This document shows positions 62,834-64,000 of a stretch of 64,000 bases of DNA, piece after piece; position 1 is the stretch's first letter; every line of letters begins with the position of its first letter. Source of the DNA: Acidobacteriota bacterium (GTDB lineage: Bacteria > Acidobacteriota > Blastocatellia > Pyrinomonadales > Pyrinomonadaceae); contig QHXR01000011.1 in assembly GCA_003223025.1 (NCBI GenBank), positions 30,053-94,052 on the forward strand. The letters run 5' to 3'. A program made the position numbers and the translations under genes. Under the pieces are notes generated by a model. That model was given only the letters and a program-made list of their open reading frames with translations. It had not been told where the DNA came from and did not search any database.

Positions 62834-63952
62834 ATGGTAGCGATAATCGAAAAACGTGATCTCCGCGATTTTGACTGGCTGACGACATTTCTCGCCGTCG
62901 CGATCGCGTGCTTCGGCATTTGGCAGATCCGCAACGCCCTTCCGACGGAAAGTTACTGGACAAAGCAGATCATCGGACTCTGTATAGCTCTCGTCGCGTT
63001 TCTTGTCATTGCATTCAGCGACTACCGCCGCATCATCGAGCTCGCTCCGATATTCTACGGCTTCGGTCTGGTACTTCTCGCACTTGTTATCACGCCACTC
63101 GGCGTCGAAGTAAACGGACAGCAGGCGTGGTTGAAGCTCCCGGTGATCGGACAGTTTCAGCCATCGGAATTCGTAAAAATTCCAACTGTGCTAATGCTTG
63201 CAAAATATTTCGGAGCGCGGAAATCGGGTTCACTGAGTATTCGCGAGATTCTCATCGGCGGCGCCATCATGGCGGGGCCGATCGGATTGATCATGCTCGA
63301 ACCTGACGCGGGACAAGCTCTGACTTACTTCCCGATCTTTGCCGCCGTGCTTTTCCTTTCGGCGATTCAGATCCGCTACGTCGTGATCGTACTTTTGGCT
63401 GCCGCGATATTTGTTCCAGCGAGCTACATCATCGGCGTCAAAACCGGAGCGATCAAACGATACCAGCAGGAACGCATCAACGCGGTTCTCGATCCGGAAA
63501 GCGTAGATCCAAAGGGATACGGTTATCACACGATGCAATCGATCATCACGGTCGGCAAGGGCGGTCTGACCGGTATCAAGGGTGATCCGGAAACATCGCA
63601 GAGCGTGCTGAAGTTTTTGCCCGAGCCGCACACCGATTTCATCTTCGCAGTCACGGCTGAGAATACCGGTTTCATCGGCTGCGTTTCGCTTTTGATCGCA
63701 TATGCCTTGCTGCTCTCGAGATTGATCGCCGGCGCGCGCTCGGCTTCTGAGCGTCCCGGCATGCTTGTTATAATGTCGATCGCGACAGCGATGGTGTTTC
63801 AGATATTTATCAACGTCGGAATGGCGCTCGGATTTCTTCCGGTCATAGGAGTTCCACTGCCGCTTATGAGCGCCGGACTGTCGGCGATCCTTTCGACGTT
63901 CATCGCGATCGGATTCGTAGTCAGCGTAAAAATGCGCCGGTTCGTGAATTAA
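62834..63952 (+). CDS. rodA: peptidoglycan glycosyltransferase RodA (SEDS family)
   Basis: 372 aa with about 10 TM helices. QPSEFVK, PEPHTDFIF and PLPLMSAGLS are typical of SEDS proteins. Confidence 0.9.
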   Translation: MVAIIEKRDLRDFDWLTTFLAVAIACFGIWQIRNALPTESYWTKQIIGLCIALVAFLVIAFSDYRRIIELAPIFYGFGLVLLALVITPLGVEVNGQQAWLKLPVIGQFQPSEFVKIPTVLMLAKYFGARKSGSLSIREILIGGAIMAGPIGLIMLEPDAGQALTYFPIFAAVLFLSAIQIRYVVIVLLAAAIFVPASYIIGVKTGAIKRYQQERINAVLDPESVDPKGYGYHTMQSIITVGKGGLTGIKGDPETSQSVLKFLPEPHTDFIFAVTAENTGFIGCVSLLIAYALLLSRLIAGARSASERPGMLVIMSIATAMVFQIFINVGMALGFLPVIGVPLPLMSAGLSAILSTFIAIGFVVSVKMRRFVN

Positions 63953-64000
63953 GTGTTCAGAGTGCGCGATTTATCGCGTAGTTTTCTTCACCCATGTCGC

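Overview
This 64-kb window comes from a moderately GC-rich Gram-negative genome. The gene content and the many families of palindromic intergenic repeats look like a soil Acidobacteriota-type organism, but that is inference only. All protein family calls were made by eye from motifs in the supplied translations; no database search was possible. I support about 58 protein-coding genes (two of them apparently disrupted), one tRNA with anticodon CAU, several intrinsic terminators, and at least seven families of hairpin or MITE-like repeats. I found no rRNA, CRISPR array, transposase or integrase.

Layout:
- 0.5-9.7 kb: a cluster of secreted enzymes that all act on D-amino-acid or peptidoglycan-type substrates. 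It holds three beta-lactamase-fold serine hydrolases (one fused to a VanX-type D-Ala-D-Ala dipeptidase), a D-aminoacylase and a DppA-type D-aminopeptidase.
- 9.9-13.8 kb: a membrane protein, a CPA1 antiporter and a Zn alcohol dehydrogenase.
- 13.9-19.6 kb: an AraC-associated cupin / ABM / CMD / SDR / cyclophilin-like / alpha-beta-hydrolase cluster.
- 19.6-21.6 kb: a visibly AT-rich two-gene islet, described below.
- 21.6-27.3 kb: secreted proteins of unknown function, ending at the tRNA.
- 27.6-64 kb: mostly core genes. These are a CPA2 antiporter, pilB-orf-pilT-pilC, ribE, a KirBac-like K+ channel, HU/IHF, an M50 protease, yacG, an MFS transporter, an M48 protease, phoU-DUF47-pit, nadA, a ferredoxin, a CBS protein, hsp20, lon, a polyferredoxin-TPR protein and mreBCD-mrdA-rodA.

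Best candidate for an undescribed system: the AT-rich islet at 19.6-21.6 kb. It encodes a RibD/CDA-fold zinc deaminase (HAE and PC...C motifs) fused to an unassigned beta-rich C-terminal domain, next to a 2-TM helical protein. The translation-initiation region of the 2-TM gene is tandemly duplicated, which creates a 12-codon uORF that overlaps the main start codon as ATGA. I propose a deaminase-based defence or toxin module. This is a hypothesis only.

Other notable observations:
- mreB carries an in-frame TAA and lacks about 19 conserved residues, while mreCD-mrdA-rodA are intact.
- A PEGA-TPR gene is frameshifted.
- A 318-bp tandem duplication copies the 3' end of a gene together with a palindromic repeat.
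- An orphan, highly basic protein gene sits between pilB and pilT.
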